A stretch of 64,000 bases of DNA, taken from a bacterium. Lineage in GTDB: Bacteria; Hinthialibacterota; Hinthialibacteria; Hinthialibacterales; Hinthialibacteraceae. Positions 1 through 9,508 of the stretch are shown in pieces (position 1 is the stretch's first letter; each line of letters starts with the position of its first letter). A model generated the notes under the pieces. That model saw nothing but the letters and a program-made list of their open reading frames with translations. It had not been told where the DNA came from and ran no database searches. The translations under genes were made by a program, and so were the position numbers. The stretch is from assembly GCA_963663405.2 (NCBI GenBank), contig CAXXSM010000079.1:1-64000 (forward strand), read 5' to 3'.

Positions 1-2
1 AA

Positions 3-3000
3 CTGGAAGCCCTGATCCGGTTTGAAGCGCGGGATCGTGTGTTGGAAGAATGGAACAGCCGGCATCCGGAACAATGTCTGCGTGAACAAGTACGCACTTA
101 CATCCGCACACATACCCAATTGTCCAAATCCACCGCCCGGAAAGAAGTGATCGCGAAACATAAACTAAACGCGGAAACCATCGATCCGCTCAACTACTAT
201 CAAGCGGCGGGTGGCAACAAGCGCTACAACCTGCTCTACACGCCCAGCCGCGTCAATTTGGGCGAACGGGAAAGAGATTCCGTCGTCAAATGGAGCCAAT
301 GGGTTGGCGGCGCCGACCGGTGGGCGGCCCAGGCCGGCTTTGAGTTTTATAGCTTCATCAACGAAGGCGGCGTAGAAGAACGGCCCGCTCTCGCCTCGGC
401 GGAAATACAGAAAACCTCCGAGAACGCGCTCTGCGTAACCCATTTCGCCGGCTCGAACGCGCTCGCGCTGCTCTGCATGGCCGTGTTGGAAGGTGACGCG
501 GAAGACCTCGCCGATCAGATGAATCTCCGGAACGACCGCATGATCCCACCCGCGGGTGAAGGCTACGGCGGCTATTGCGTCCCAAAAGACGGCTTGTTCC
601 TGGCCTTCGTTCTCTCGCTGCAGAACGACATCAAACTGCGCCAGATGGGAATCCCAGAACGGTATCATGAAGGCATCATGGCCTTGGCCAAAGAAGCGCT
701 GCTGAAGCAGAATCAATTCGAAAGCCATTTCGAATGGCAGAAATGGGCGGCGAAAAAACTTTTAAAATACACTGAATTGAAGAAATACTTCGATCTGGAA
801 GAAGACCTTCTCGTTTTCCAGGTCACCAAAATCGCCCACGCCGTAGAAAACTTGGGACTGCCTTGGTACGAAACCACGTCTGGATCCAAACTTCTCGCGA
901 ACCTGGCCGCGCAGTGGGGCGTGGACAAGATGATCATCCGCGCCGAACAGGTCAACCGGTTCATGGTCTTCTACAAAGCCTGGATGATCTACGACGCCCT
1001 GCGGGAAGCGCGCGAAGAAAATCCAAACTGCCCAGCGGAAAAAGACGCGATCATCGCCCTGACGGCGGAGTACAAACCCGTCCAGGACGTGCGCTACTCC
1101 ACAGGTATGCGATTATTTGAAATCCTGGCGCAAACCGGCGAACATCTCACCTATTGCATGGATGAAGAAGGCCAGAATCTTGTGCGCCTGATGACCTACG
1201 GTTTCGATCCCGAATCCGAAAATCCCATCAGCCAGCGGGCGAGTGAGGAAGTGTTGAAATTATTGCGCGTAACTTCGAGCGATCAGGAAATTCTGGATCG
1301 ATTGGCCGAGGCGTTCCCCGCGCACGAACCGCCGGGCGATATTGTGATGACTTCTCCAACGATGTCATCCACACAGGACCTGCTCTTCTATACCAGCGAT
1401 TCCAAACTGGAAGAGATTGCGACGCAGGTGCAAGTTGTGTTGAGCGATTATGGATTGACCGAAGATCAAATCCGCGCCAACGCGACAGTCTATGGAGGCC
1501 AGCTCCGGGATTGGGCGGGAATCAAGCAGCTGCCTATTGAGGAACAGGATGAGCTGATCGCCAAAGTCAGCGGTGATATCCACGCGCTCGTACTGCAAAT
1601 GCGCGGACCGGGCCGTGATTATGAGATGGACGTGCAAGGCGTTGACGTCTTGAACACCGGCATTCCATTCCCCGAACTGCTCGAACTCCTGGATAACATG
1701 CCGAAATTGATCGCGTTGATGCGCAACGGCGCTCCCAACAGCGCTCTCGCCATCGCCGACGGCGCCGCAGGCCGTATGCGCCGCGCGCTCACCTACTATG
1801 ACGTGATGCTCTTCTTCGCCGCCTGCGAGAAGATCGGACGCCGGGGCGTTTACCGCGCGATTGGTTTAGGTAAACGCAACATTGAGCGAATTCGCGAAGA
1901 AATGCATCGGCGGAGAAACCGCGCCGAACGCCTGTACGAAGCCGTCGCAGCGGTCGTGCAAGCGAAGAACAAACAAGAACGGCAGAAAGCCGCCGAAGAA
2001 GCGCTGGAACTCTACCGCCATATGCGCGAAGAAATCACCGCCAGCGACGAAGCCGGAAAAGCGCTGCGGGAAGAAGAAAAGATGAAGCGGTACAAAAAAT
2101 GGAAACCGCGTGATTTCTACACCAGCCAGGCTCTCGTTAAGATCAGCGCCGGGCTTCCTCTGCAGCGCCTCGATTTTGGTATCTGGCTTGCAGGGATCGG
2201 TGGGATCTTCGCTGTCAACGGCGCCCCTGAATCACAGATTAAAGAATATAAACAAATCTGGGAAGACGGCGTCTCTCATCTACTCAAGATCGCGAAAGAC
2301 GACACCCCCGAAGCGGCGGCGTTCGCAGACGAACAACTCGATGATCTCTACACACAGATGATTCGTCCCGAATACGCGCCGGAATCGCAGCGATTCGCGC
2401 AGCAGATGCTGGTGGAATCCTCCAGCAAAGCGGTTGAAATGGCCGCGCGCGAAGCTTTGGAACGCCGGAAAGCGCTCAAAGTCCGCGCCGACCGCGCCCG
2501 CGCCTTCAACGACCGGGAAGACGGTTTCCGCGACTCATTCAACGAACAGAAAATCCCTGCCTTCAAAACCATCTGGGAACAAGCGGAAGAATGCAAACAA
2601 GCGATCAAAGATGATCTCAACCGTATTTACGCATACAACAAAGATGATGAACGCCGGCGGGAATTACAATCCAAGATTAATCACACCTTCGGTCAATACG
2701 TCGGCTATACCCGATCTTTGTTGACCCGTCTTACACTCGATATCATGCCCGAATCGACCGCGGATGAACGCTCCGCCAAACGGCAGATCCTCGCGGATAT
2801 CGGCCTAATCTACACCGGCCGGGAGATCATTTTCGAAGATTGGAAAAAACTCGCGGGTGGATACGAAGATATCGGTGGAATCGCCCGGCTCGGAGACGCC
2901 GCGAAGGATCAGCCTGAACTCCTGGATCAGATCGCCAAAGGCGTCGAAGCCTTCTATATCACCTACGCTTTGGCGCAGACCTTGGAATTCTCCCTTGCGC

Positions 3001-5075
3001 TCCCCGAAGAAGTGGATGTCAGCCTCTTCTGGAAAAACATGACGGATTACTTCGCCGAAACCATCAATGACCACTGGTATGAATACTGGCCTTGGGCGTA
3101 TGAGAAAGGTATCGGCTTCATCGATATTCCAAACGAAGAAAAATACAAATTGGCGGTTGAACGGCACGCGTGGCTCTACGATTACCTGCGCTCGCTTCTC
3201 ATCTACAGGACTGAATTGAAAGATTGGAAAAAAGCCGATCAGGACGCCCTGCTGGGCAACTTCAGTGGGAACAAATCGATCGTGGGCATCGGCGCCGGCG
3301 CGCCGACAGAAGTCGAACGGCAATGGCGCGCGTACAACCATCTGCGCGAAATCTCCTTCGTCAAGAGCGATGGATTCGAACTGCCCGAAGTGTTTGAGGA
3401 ATTCGATCCGGATATCATCGAAGCCGACAAACGGGTAAATGTGACCTTCCTCTTCCCCGTCGGACGCACCCACGTCTCCCGCGCCCTGCGGGAAGGCCCA
3501 TCTTTGAATCAACAGATTCAGGATTCCAAACATCCCGGCGTCAATATCCTCATCACCCGCCATGGCCGGTTTGTGGATGTCGAAGGCGCGGAAAGAAAAG
3601 TCCTGCTCGTAGATGACGCGCATTTCTACATCAGTGAATCTGAATTTACCGAAGCGCTGAAACGATGCCGCAAAATGAACGCGGCGCAGATCAAAAAAGC
3701 GGTGCAAACCGCAAAGGATCGCGGTACCTTAACCACCAAGGGAATCCGGATCGCGGCCCGGTTCGCGAAAAATGGACAGGCCACGCCTGTTGTAGCGGGC
3801 TCTCTGATTCCGTTCCACGGCAATCCAATTCTCACAACAGGACAATGTGAAGAAGAAGGTATGCCCCCCACGATTCAGTCAGCGATTTATCATGATCTGA
3901 CCTACGACAAATCGTTGTATCCGAAGATCTACACCAAAGAATCCGGTGTCCAGCTGCCTCCAGAAATTGATTGGATGAACGAATGGAACGAAGGGCTTAA
4001 GCCAAAACAAATCCGCAAGCGGATCATCGAAGGATTCAAAGAAGAAGGATTCAAGGGCCTGCGGGCATTCGCCCAAGAGCATCCAATCGTCCTGATCAAG
4101 GGCGCGGCGGAATCGGGCGCGCGGAACCTGAAAGTCTTCGATCTTCAAGACGATCACGCGCGGATCAATGAAGTGGAATTGGAAAACGCGGCGAACTTTA
4201 TTTATCTCGTCTCCCGTTCCCAAAACGTCGTCATCCAGGCGGCGGTCTTAACCTCGTCGGAATTCTGGGCCAGCGAAGAATTGATGGAGCGTTTCGTCGA
4301 CCGGCAGGTGCTGGAATGGAACACACCGGTGAACCGCGATAGTTACCCACGGTCTCAGATTTACGGTTCCCTGCGTATTGTCGCGTCGTCACCGCATCCA
4401 TCAAAGAAATACGACACCGCCTTCCCGATCTCCCTGACGAGCCTCCAGGTCGCCACAAACGTCGGCCGCGGCGGGATTTTGGAACAATTGCTGGAAGAAT
4501 TCATCCAGGATCAATACAAGAAACAAATCCTGGACGGTCTCCACGCCGAAGGCCCCAAAGTGATGAATGCGATGGCTGAATACGTCAAAAAACACGGCTC
4601 CGAATGGGAGAAGAAAAAAGGCCGCAAAATCGGCGAAGATCTTCGCGGGATCTCGTACGGATGGCCGAATTATCTAATGAGCGACTACCTCGTCAGCCCC
4701 GTCTTTGAACGCCCCGGCCGTTTGGTGGATATGGAGCCGCTGCATAACGAACAAGGCGAACGCATTGGCTCGGTTCCCATCCTGCAAGACGAGAAGGGCC
4801 GTTTCGAAGGCAAGATTGTCAACTGGGAATTCATCCATCTCGAACCCAATGTCGGCATCGGCCTTTGGGACCGGTATAACCTTCGTGAAGAGGTAAACGA
4901 AACCATCAAAAGCGAACGGGAAAACCGTCCCTTCGATTGGAACAACATCGGTCAGAGCGACCGGATCGTCCTTCGCAACTTCGCGATCGCGGGAAGTGAT
5001 TACTTATCCGCTCTATTTGGGAAAAAAGGAATCAACCGCGAAGCCGTTCAAGCAGCGGTCGAAGAGGAAGAATAA
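3..5075 (+). CDS. Very large fusion protein, 5'-truncated by window edge: UDP-glucose/GDP-mannose dehydrogenase-like core + long helical region + C-terminal ATP-grasp-like domain
   Basis: Frame is open from nt 3 (LEALIRFEARDRV) into the 39..5075 ORF. AEIQKTSENA, GYGGYCVPKD and AEYKPVQDVRYS match nucleotide-sugar dehydrogenase motifs. HPIVLIKGAAESGARN, VATNVGRGG and HLEPNVG resemble RimK-type ATP-grasp motifs. Confidence 0.7.
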   Translation: MEALIRFEARDRVLEEWNSRHPEQCLREQVRTYIRTHTQLSKSTARKEVIAKHKLNAETIDPLNYYQAAGGNKRYNLLYTPSRVNLGERERDSVVKWSQWVGGADRWAAQAGFEFYSFINEGGVEERPALASAEIQKTSENALCVTHFAGSNALALLCMAVLEGDAEDLADQMNLRNDRMIPPAGEGYGGYCVPKDGLFLAFVLSLQNDIKLRQMGIPERYHEGIMALAKEALLKQNQFESHFEWQKWAAKKLLKYTELKKYFDLEEDLLVFQVTKIAHAVENLGLPWYETTSGSKLLANLAAQWGVDKMIIRAEQVNRFMVFYKAWMIYDALREAREENPNCPAEKDAIIALTAEYKPVQDVRYSTGMRLFEILAQTGEHLTYCMDEEGQNLVRLMTYGFDPESENPISQRASEEVLKLLRVTSSDQEILDRLAEAFPAHEPPGDIVMTSPTMSSTQDLLFYTSDSKLEEIATQVQVVLSDYGLTEDQIRANATVYGGQLRDWAGIKQLPIEEQDELIAKVSGDIHALVLQMRGPGRDYEMDVQGVDVLNTGIPFPELLELLDNMPKLIALMRNGAPNSALAIADGAAGRMRRALTYYDVMLFFAACEKIGRRGVYRAIGLGKRNIERIREEMHRRRNRAERLYEAVAAVVQAKNKQERQKAAEEALELYRHMREEITASDEAGKALREEEKMKRYKKWKPRDFYTSQALVKISAGLPLQRLDFGIWLAGIGGIFAVNGAPESQIKEYKQIWEDGVSHLLKIAKDDTPEAAAFADEQLDDLYTQMIRPEYAPESQRFAQQMLVESSSKAVEMAAREALERRKALKVRADRARAFNDREDGFRDSFNEQKIPAFKTIWEQAEECKQAIKDDLNRIYAYNKDDERRRELQSKINHTFGQYVGYTRSLLTRLTLDIMPESTADERSAKRQILADIGLIYTGREIIFEDWKKLAGGYEDIGGIARLGDAAKDQPELLDQIAKGVEAFYITYALAQTLEFSLALPEEVDVSLFWKNMTDYFAETINDHWYEYWPWAYEKGIGFIDIPNEEKYKLAVERHAWLYDYLRSLLIYRTELKDWKKADQDALLGNFSGNKSIVGIGAGAPTEVERQWRAYNHLREISFVKSDGFELPEVFEEFDPDIIEADKRVNVTFLFPVGRTHVSRALREGPSLNQQIQDSKHPGVNILITRHGRFVDVEGAERKVLLVDDAHFYISESEFTEALKRCRKMNAAQIKKAVQTAKDRGTLTTKGIRIAARFAKNGQATPVVAGSLIPFHGNPILTTGQCEEEGMPPTIQSAIYHDLTYDKSLYPKIYTKESGVQLPPEIDWMNEWNEGLKPKQIRKRIIEGFKEEGFKGLRAFAQEHPIVLIKGAAESGARNLKVFDLQDDHARINEVELENAANFIYLVSRSQNVVIQAAVLTSSEFWASEELMERFVDRQVLEWNTPVNRDSYPRSQIYGSLRIVASSPHPSKKYDTAFPISLTSLQVATNVGRGGILEQLLEEFIQDQYKKQILDGLHAEGPKVMNAMAEYVKKHGSEWEKKKGRKIGEDLRGISYGWPNYLMSDYLVSPVFERPGRLVDMEPLHNEQGERIGSVPILQDEKGRFEGKIVNWEFIHLEPNVGIGLWDRYNLREEVNETIKSERENRPFDWNNIGQSDRIVLRNFAIAGSDYLSALFGKKGINREAVQAAVEEEE

Positions 5076-5107
5076 ACTCCGGTTGGTATACAATTGGAAT
5101 GAATCGC

Positions 5108-5138
5108 AAAGGGACGTCCATCGGGGCGTCCCTTTTTT
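5108..5138 (+). terminator. Rho-independent terminator
   Basis: AAAGGGACGTCC-atc-GGGGCGTCCCTTTTTT about 30 nt after the stop at 5075. Confidence 0.85.
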
Positions 5139-5157
5139 ATTGATTTAAGAATGAAAC

Positions 5158-5356
5158 ATCGCAGGGATCATCAGAACGGGTGCCCAGGGCAAGGTTTTTT
5201 TCTGCCCTGGCTACATCCCGTAAATTATACAAGGGAAAAAAAGCCTTCCCCTTGCTACCCAGTTGATTGATATATACTCTGTGCGATCGTAATCTGCGTT
5301 TCTCATTACCAGAAACAAGCCCATTGAAAGCGCAATATCGCAGGGATCATCAGAAC
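5158..5356. repeat. REP-like composite element (family I) flanked by a perfect 20-bp direct repeat
   Basis: ATCGCAGGGATCATCAGAAC at 5158-5177 and 5337-5356. The interior 5176-5329 is nearly identical to 39394-39549 and holds two hairpins, each followed by CTAC (GTAG on the - strand). Confidence 0.85.
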
Positions 5357-5409
5357 AAGAAATCCAGCTTACAATAATAAAGATCCAAACACACAGAGAA
5401 TAAACAAAA

Positions 5410-6903
5410 ATGCCCGATAAAATCCGCTTTTTCATTCAAAATATCAGCCTTTCGATCGCCACGATTTTAATCGTGTTCCTGCTCATTGAAGCAGGTTTCC
5501 GCTTAGCTTCACTGTTTCATACGAAAACCATCGCAGAGAAGCAGCGCGCGTTTATCGACGCGCTGGCCGTTCCCTATTCCTATGGTGTGGTCCGGCCTTA
5601 CGTTCATCTGGACCTGCGGGAGTACTTTCCCACCGGCGCTCAAATCGATAAGCCGGTTCTGATTGAAACGAATTCGTTCGGCATGCGGATGCGGGAAGTG
5701 GCGCGGCAAAAACCAGCCGGCGTGATCCGCATCGCGGTAATGGGCGATTCCTGCACATTTGGATGGATGGTAAAAGAGGAAGAGACATACCCGCGGATTC
5801 TTGAAAACATTCTCAATCAGAACGAAACAGGACGCTATGAAATACTCAATTTCGGCGTCCCCGGCTATACATCGTTTCACGGACTCAAGCAATACGAACG
5901 GTTAGTCAAACAATTTAAACCGGATATTCTCATTCCCGCTTTTGGATTCAACGATTCCTATGAAAGCCGGTTTCCCGAATCGGAGTTTTATGAATATCTC
6001 AAAAAACAGCGCCTTGCGGACGGCCTGTCAGGTTTCTCCTTATTCTTTAATGATTACAGCGCGTTAGGAAATTGGATCCTCAGCCGCTTGGCGAATCAAC
6101 AAAAAGCTCCCATCGATGAGGAACTTAACAAGCGGGCGGCGGATCAGATCTGGCATGCGCGGGTGGGGAAAGAGGAATATAAAACCAACCTGCGAACGAT
6201 GATTAAAGACGCGAAGTCCTATGGAGCCCAGACGGTTCTTCTTCATCTCGATCTACCCAACACATGGGTGAAACAACCAATTCACGAATTAGCGGGAGAA
6301 CTGCGCCTCCCCCTCTTCGACGCGCAGGATCGATTCGTTGAACTCGGACAAACAGACGCGTATTCAGAAGCCAGTGTGGATGGCCTGGCGCCAAGTGGGA
6401 TAGAAACAGGCGGGGCGCCGGATGAGTATTCCCTGCTTTTCCGCGTATACGCGCCAGAATGGATTAAGGTACCTGACTGCCTTTACATTGTAGGCAATCA
6501 TTCCGCTCTGGGTGATTGGGCGCCGAATAAAATCCGGCTTTACGACGACGCCTCGCACGGTGACGAACAAGCGGAAGACCATGTCTGGTCTTTGGAATTG
6601 AATATAAAAGAGCCGCTTCTCTTGGATTACGCGTTCACAAATAGCGGTCCGCATGGTAAATGGATTGAGGCGGATCAAATCTACGAAAACACCCAAAAAG
6701 CGATCCGGCATTACCACCACATCGATCTTGCCAAACTCAAACCCGGTTCACTCTGGCGTTCCCCCCTTCATACGTTGGATAAAATTCCCTACGAGCATTG
6801 GCTGGTTCCAGGCGATCCCATTCATCCCAACGCAAGGGGGAATCGGATCATCGCTGAAGCGATGGCGCCTATGATTCAACAACTGACGGCGGAGAAGGAT
6901 TAA
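5410..6903 (+). CDS. Membrane-anchored SGNH/GDSL hydrolase with inserted CBM20-like module
   Basis: N-terminal TM; GDSCTFG, NFGVPGY, GFND and terminal DPIHPN blocks; LYIVGNHSALGDW (CBM20-like) lies before the DxxH motif. Confidence 0.8.
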   Translation: MPDKIRFFIQNISLSIATILIVFLLIEAGFRLASLFHTKTIAEKQRAFIDALAVPYSYGVVRPYVHLDLREYFPTGAQIDKPVLIETNSFGMRMREVARQKPAGVIRIAVMGDSCTFGWMVKEEETYPRILENILNQNETGRYEILNFGVPGYTSFHGLKQYERLVKQFKPDILIPAFGFNDSYESRFPESEFYEYLKKQRLADGLSGFSLFFNDYSALGNWILSRLANQQKAPIDEELNKRAADQIWHARVGKEEYKTNLRTMIKDAKSYGAQTVLLHLDLPNTWVKQPIHELAGELRLPLFDAQDRFVELGQTDAYSEASVDGLAPSGIETGGAPDEYSLLFRVYAPEWIKVPDCLYIVGNHSALGDWAPNKIRLYDDASHGDEQAEDHVWSLELNIKEPLLLDYAFTNSGPHGKWIEADQIYENTQKAIRHYHHIDLAKLKPGSLWRSPLHTLDKIPYEHWLVPGDPIHPNARGNRIIAEAMAPMIQQLTAEKD

Positions 6904-7524
6904 TTACAAATCGCGCAAGACGGCCCGGCAGGGGCTTCCATCCGAGCCTTGCAGTTTTAGAGGCAGAACGATCAATTCATACCATCCCGGTTTAACCGCG
7001 CGCAGATCGAGCCCTTCCACGAGAACAATCCCTCTCCCGCATAATTCATGATGCACAGGATGACCGGGCGCTTTGAACGCTTCAACGGAGAAATAATCGA
7101 TCCCAATCAGTTTCACCCCGGCTTGCGACAGTTTTTTCGCGGCGTCAAGGCCAACGGAAACATAATCCGTATGAAATACCGTGTCCGCGATGAATTCCGT
7201 ATTACTCGTCTTGAAAATAATTCGTTCCACACCGTTGAGATCCGGAAGGTCTCCCACGGCGATTTGCTGGGGGGAGAAAGTTTCATGGACTAACGCTGGG
7301 CCGATCATCGGCTCTAATGGAAGTTCATCAAGTTTGGTCCCATCCTCCACAAAGTGATATGGCGCGTCGAGATGGGTTCCAAAGTGCGTTCCTACCACAA
7401 TCTTCGACGTATTGTTGGAATCGCCTTTTCGGATTTCAGACATCGGTTCGCGGGAGTAGGGAAGATCCCCCGGCCAAGGCGGCTGTTCAGAACGCAGGGG
7501 GAGAGTGAGATCGTAGAATGCCAT
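6904..7524 (-). CDS. Cyclase family metal-dependent hydrolase (kynurenine formamidase-like)
   Basis: HFGTHLDAPYH signature, GIDYFS, and C-terminal LPLKL..SDGSPCRAV. Confidence 0.9.
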   Translation of the reverse strand: MAFYDLTLPLRSEQPPWPGDLPYSREPMSEIRKGDSNNTSKIVVGTHFGTHLDAPYHFVEDGTKLDELPLEPMIGPALVHETFSPQQIAVGDLPDLNGVERIIFKTSNTEFIADTVFHTDYVSVGLDAAKKLSQAGVKLIGIDYFSVEAFKAPGHPVHHELCGRGIVLVEGLDLRAVKPGWYELIVLPLKLQGSDGSPCRAVLRDL

Positions 7525-7538
7525 AGTAATAGAGCAGA

Positions 7539-7618
7539 GTAGGTTGCGCCTTTATGAAGCGCCGGATTTGCTTATCATTCCAGGTGGGTTGATAAAAAAA
7601 ACACGGCCCACCCTTTAC
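7539..7618. repeat. Degenerate REP-like doublet (family II)
   Basis: GTAGGTTGCGCCTTTATGAAGCGCC, then ATCATTCCAGGTGGGTTGATAAA...GGCCCACCCTTTAC; colinear with 25480-25546. Confidence 0.55.
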
Positions 7619-7623
7619 GTAAG

Positions 7624-9234
7624 TCATCCCGCTGAGGAGATCGCTTCTTCTTCGATTTCTCCCTCTTCAGATTTTTCCGCCTCGATTTGTATGTCTTCAA
7701 GAGTTTTCCCGCTCTTGAGAAATTCATAGGCGGTTCGGAGGGGAGGGCTTTGATCGATCATCCGTTCGAGCCGGCTTACGTGAGTGTAATCTTTATCTTT
7801 CAGTTTATCGTATTCCTCATCTGAAATACGATCGACCTCAATATCCGGCTCAATGCCGTCACCGTGGATGCAGATCCCGTCAGGGGTATAGTATTTCGCG
7901 ACAGTCAAACGCAGACCGGCTTTACCCTTAAGGGGAAAGACTTCCTGCACGGATCCTTTCCCAAAACTCTTCGTCCCAATGACAACCGCTCGCTTGTTGT
8001 CTTTCAGCGCGCCTGTGACGACTTCTGAAGCGCTGGCGGAGTATTCATTCATTAGCACGACCATCGGAATTTCTTCCGCGTATTCATCCCTTGAACTATG
8101 ATGCGAGTAAAAATCCCGCCGGGGAGAACTGCGGCCAAACGTATAAGTAACAAGCCTATCTTCTTTTAAAAAGATATCGGCTACTTTGACGGCTTGATCG
8201 AGATACCCTCCCGGATTGTACCGCAGATCGAACACCAACTTTTTCATCCCCTGTAATTTTAAATACCGCAACGCTTCTAACACATCTTCAGCGGAATGCA
8301 GGTGAAAACTCCTGAGCGTAAGCCAGCCAACTTCATCATCGAGCATCTCTTTGGCGATTTGCTGGTCTGGATTAATGGGAGCGCGTTTCAGCGTGAAATT
8401 AATCACCTCAGGCGCATTTTTCCGCTTGATGGTCAAGGTCACTTCGGTGTCTTTCTCACCCTTGATTAGATCAATCGCTTTGAGCAGTTTCTCGTTATAT
8501 TCATCGTCCCATTCATTCAACCATTCCCCGTCCACCGCGACGATAATATCGCCGGCCATGATCCCATTCCGAAAGGCCGGCGTGCCTGGCAGTGGAGCGA
8601 TAACCAACACTCCGAGATCATTCTCCGTGTCCCAATCGACACTGATGCCGACACCGAAAAACTGCCGGGTTTCATCGCCCTCTCCAGAAAGCGACATCTG
8701 AAGCGCTTCATGCTCTTCAGGAGGGAGGTAAGCGCTGAACTGATCCCCCAACCGATTGACAAGCGTGGCGGTCGCCCGGTTCCATAAATCTTTGACGGCG
8801 GGAGGTGAATTCCGCTCGCCCAACCGGTTGGGAAATCCCAATTGGCTGTAAACGATCATGGAGAGGCTGATGTCTTCGAGATGCTGTTCGTCTAAATCGA
8901 TTCCTTCAACTTCTTTTCTCGCGGCGAGAATAATAGCGTGTTCGATATTCGTCGCGTAAAGATCCCGGATCTCCTTTGAGGTTGAATCGGGGGACGGGGT
9001 CGCGCTGAGAGAATCATCCGTCACAGAGAGAATTTTCGCAAGACTCTCCCAAGAACTCTTATACAACTCCGCTTGGTCGGTCTTCTGCTCGTAACGAGCC
9101 TCGATTAAATTTGTAACTTGAAAGAAATTGGCGCGTCCGGTATCTAAATCTTGATAGGCGTTATTGGCCCAAAGGAACGAACCCAGCGTCAAGCCAATAA
9201 TGATGAACAGCATGAATCGAAACGATTTATTCAT
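7624..9234 (-). CDS. S41 carboxy-terminal processing protease with PDZ domain (CtpA family)
   Basis: FFGVGI PDZ loop, DLRYNPGG, SASASE, GTKSFGKGSVQ. Start placed at MNKSFRF (9234), which has a GGAG RBS and an N-terminal TM. Confidence 0.92.
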   Translation of the reverse strand: MNKSFRFMLFIIIGLTLGSFLWANNAYQDLDTGRANFFQVTNLIEARYEQKTDQAELYKSSWESLAKILSVTDDSLSATPSPDSTSKEIRDLYATNIEHAIILAARKEVEGIDLDEQHLEDISLSMIVYSQLGFPNRLGERNSPPAVKDLWNRATATLVNRLGDQFSAYLPPEEHEALQMSLSGEGDETRQFFGVGISVDWDTENDLGVLVIAPLPGTPAFRNGIMAGDIIVAVDGEWLNEWDDEYNEKLLKAIDLIKGEKDTEVTLTIKRKNAPEVINFTLKRAPINPDQQIAKEMLDDEVGWLTLRSFHLHSAEDVLEALRYLKLQGMKKLVFDLRYNPGGYLDQAVKVADIFLKEDRLVTYTFGRSSPRRDFYSHHSSRDEYAEEIPMVVLMNEYSASASEVVTGALKDNKRAVVIGTKSFGKGSVQEVFPLKGKAGLRLTVAKYYTPDGICIHGDGIEPDIEVDRISDEEYDKLKDKDYTHVSRLERMIDQSPPLRTAYEFLKSGKTLEDIQIEAEKSEEGEIEEEAISSAG

Positions 9235-9508
9235 ATGATAGCTCCGGTTGTCCTTATGAATACTATTGTATGCCCTAGACGAACAAAGAGGAAGAGATTG
9301 GCAATGCACAGTCATAAGACTCTGGGCTGTTGTTTCTTTTCATAAAAATTGCCCAGTGGCTTGCGCTGGCGGCATATAGAGCTTTTCCTTCTCTCTCGAA
9401 ATGGCGCCGCTGGTCCGTCTTCTATACTATTGTATCCTTCCATCCCCTATATTGACAAACGAAAAGTGTAAAATTTTGGTCACTCATTAATTTCCCGAAT
9501 TGTTTGTT

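Noticed and set aside
2805-3707. 300-aa antisense ORF and many other shadow ORFs (e.g. 165..728, 27689..28321, 40875..41471, 42533..42961)
   Set aside because: They overlap well-supported genes on the opposite strand or in another frame, as expected from codon bias.
5211-5435. 74-aa ORF, and similar ORFs at 39429..39620, 37980..38291, 25470..25655, 23536..23847 and 45497..45760
   Set aside because: They run across non-coding repeat elements and show no protein signature.
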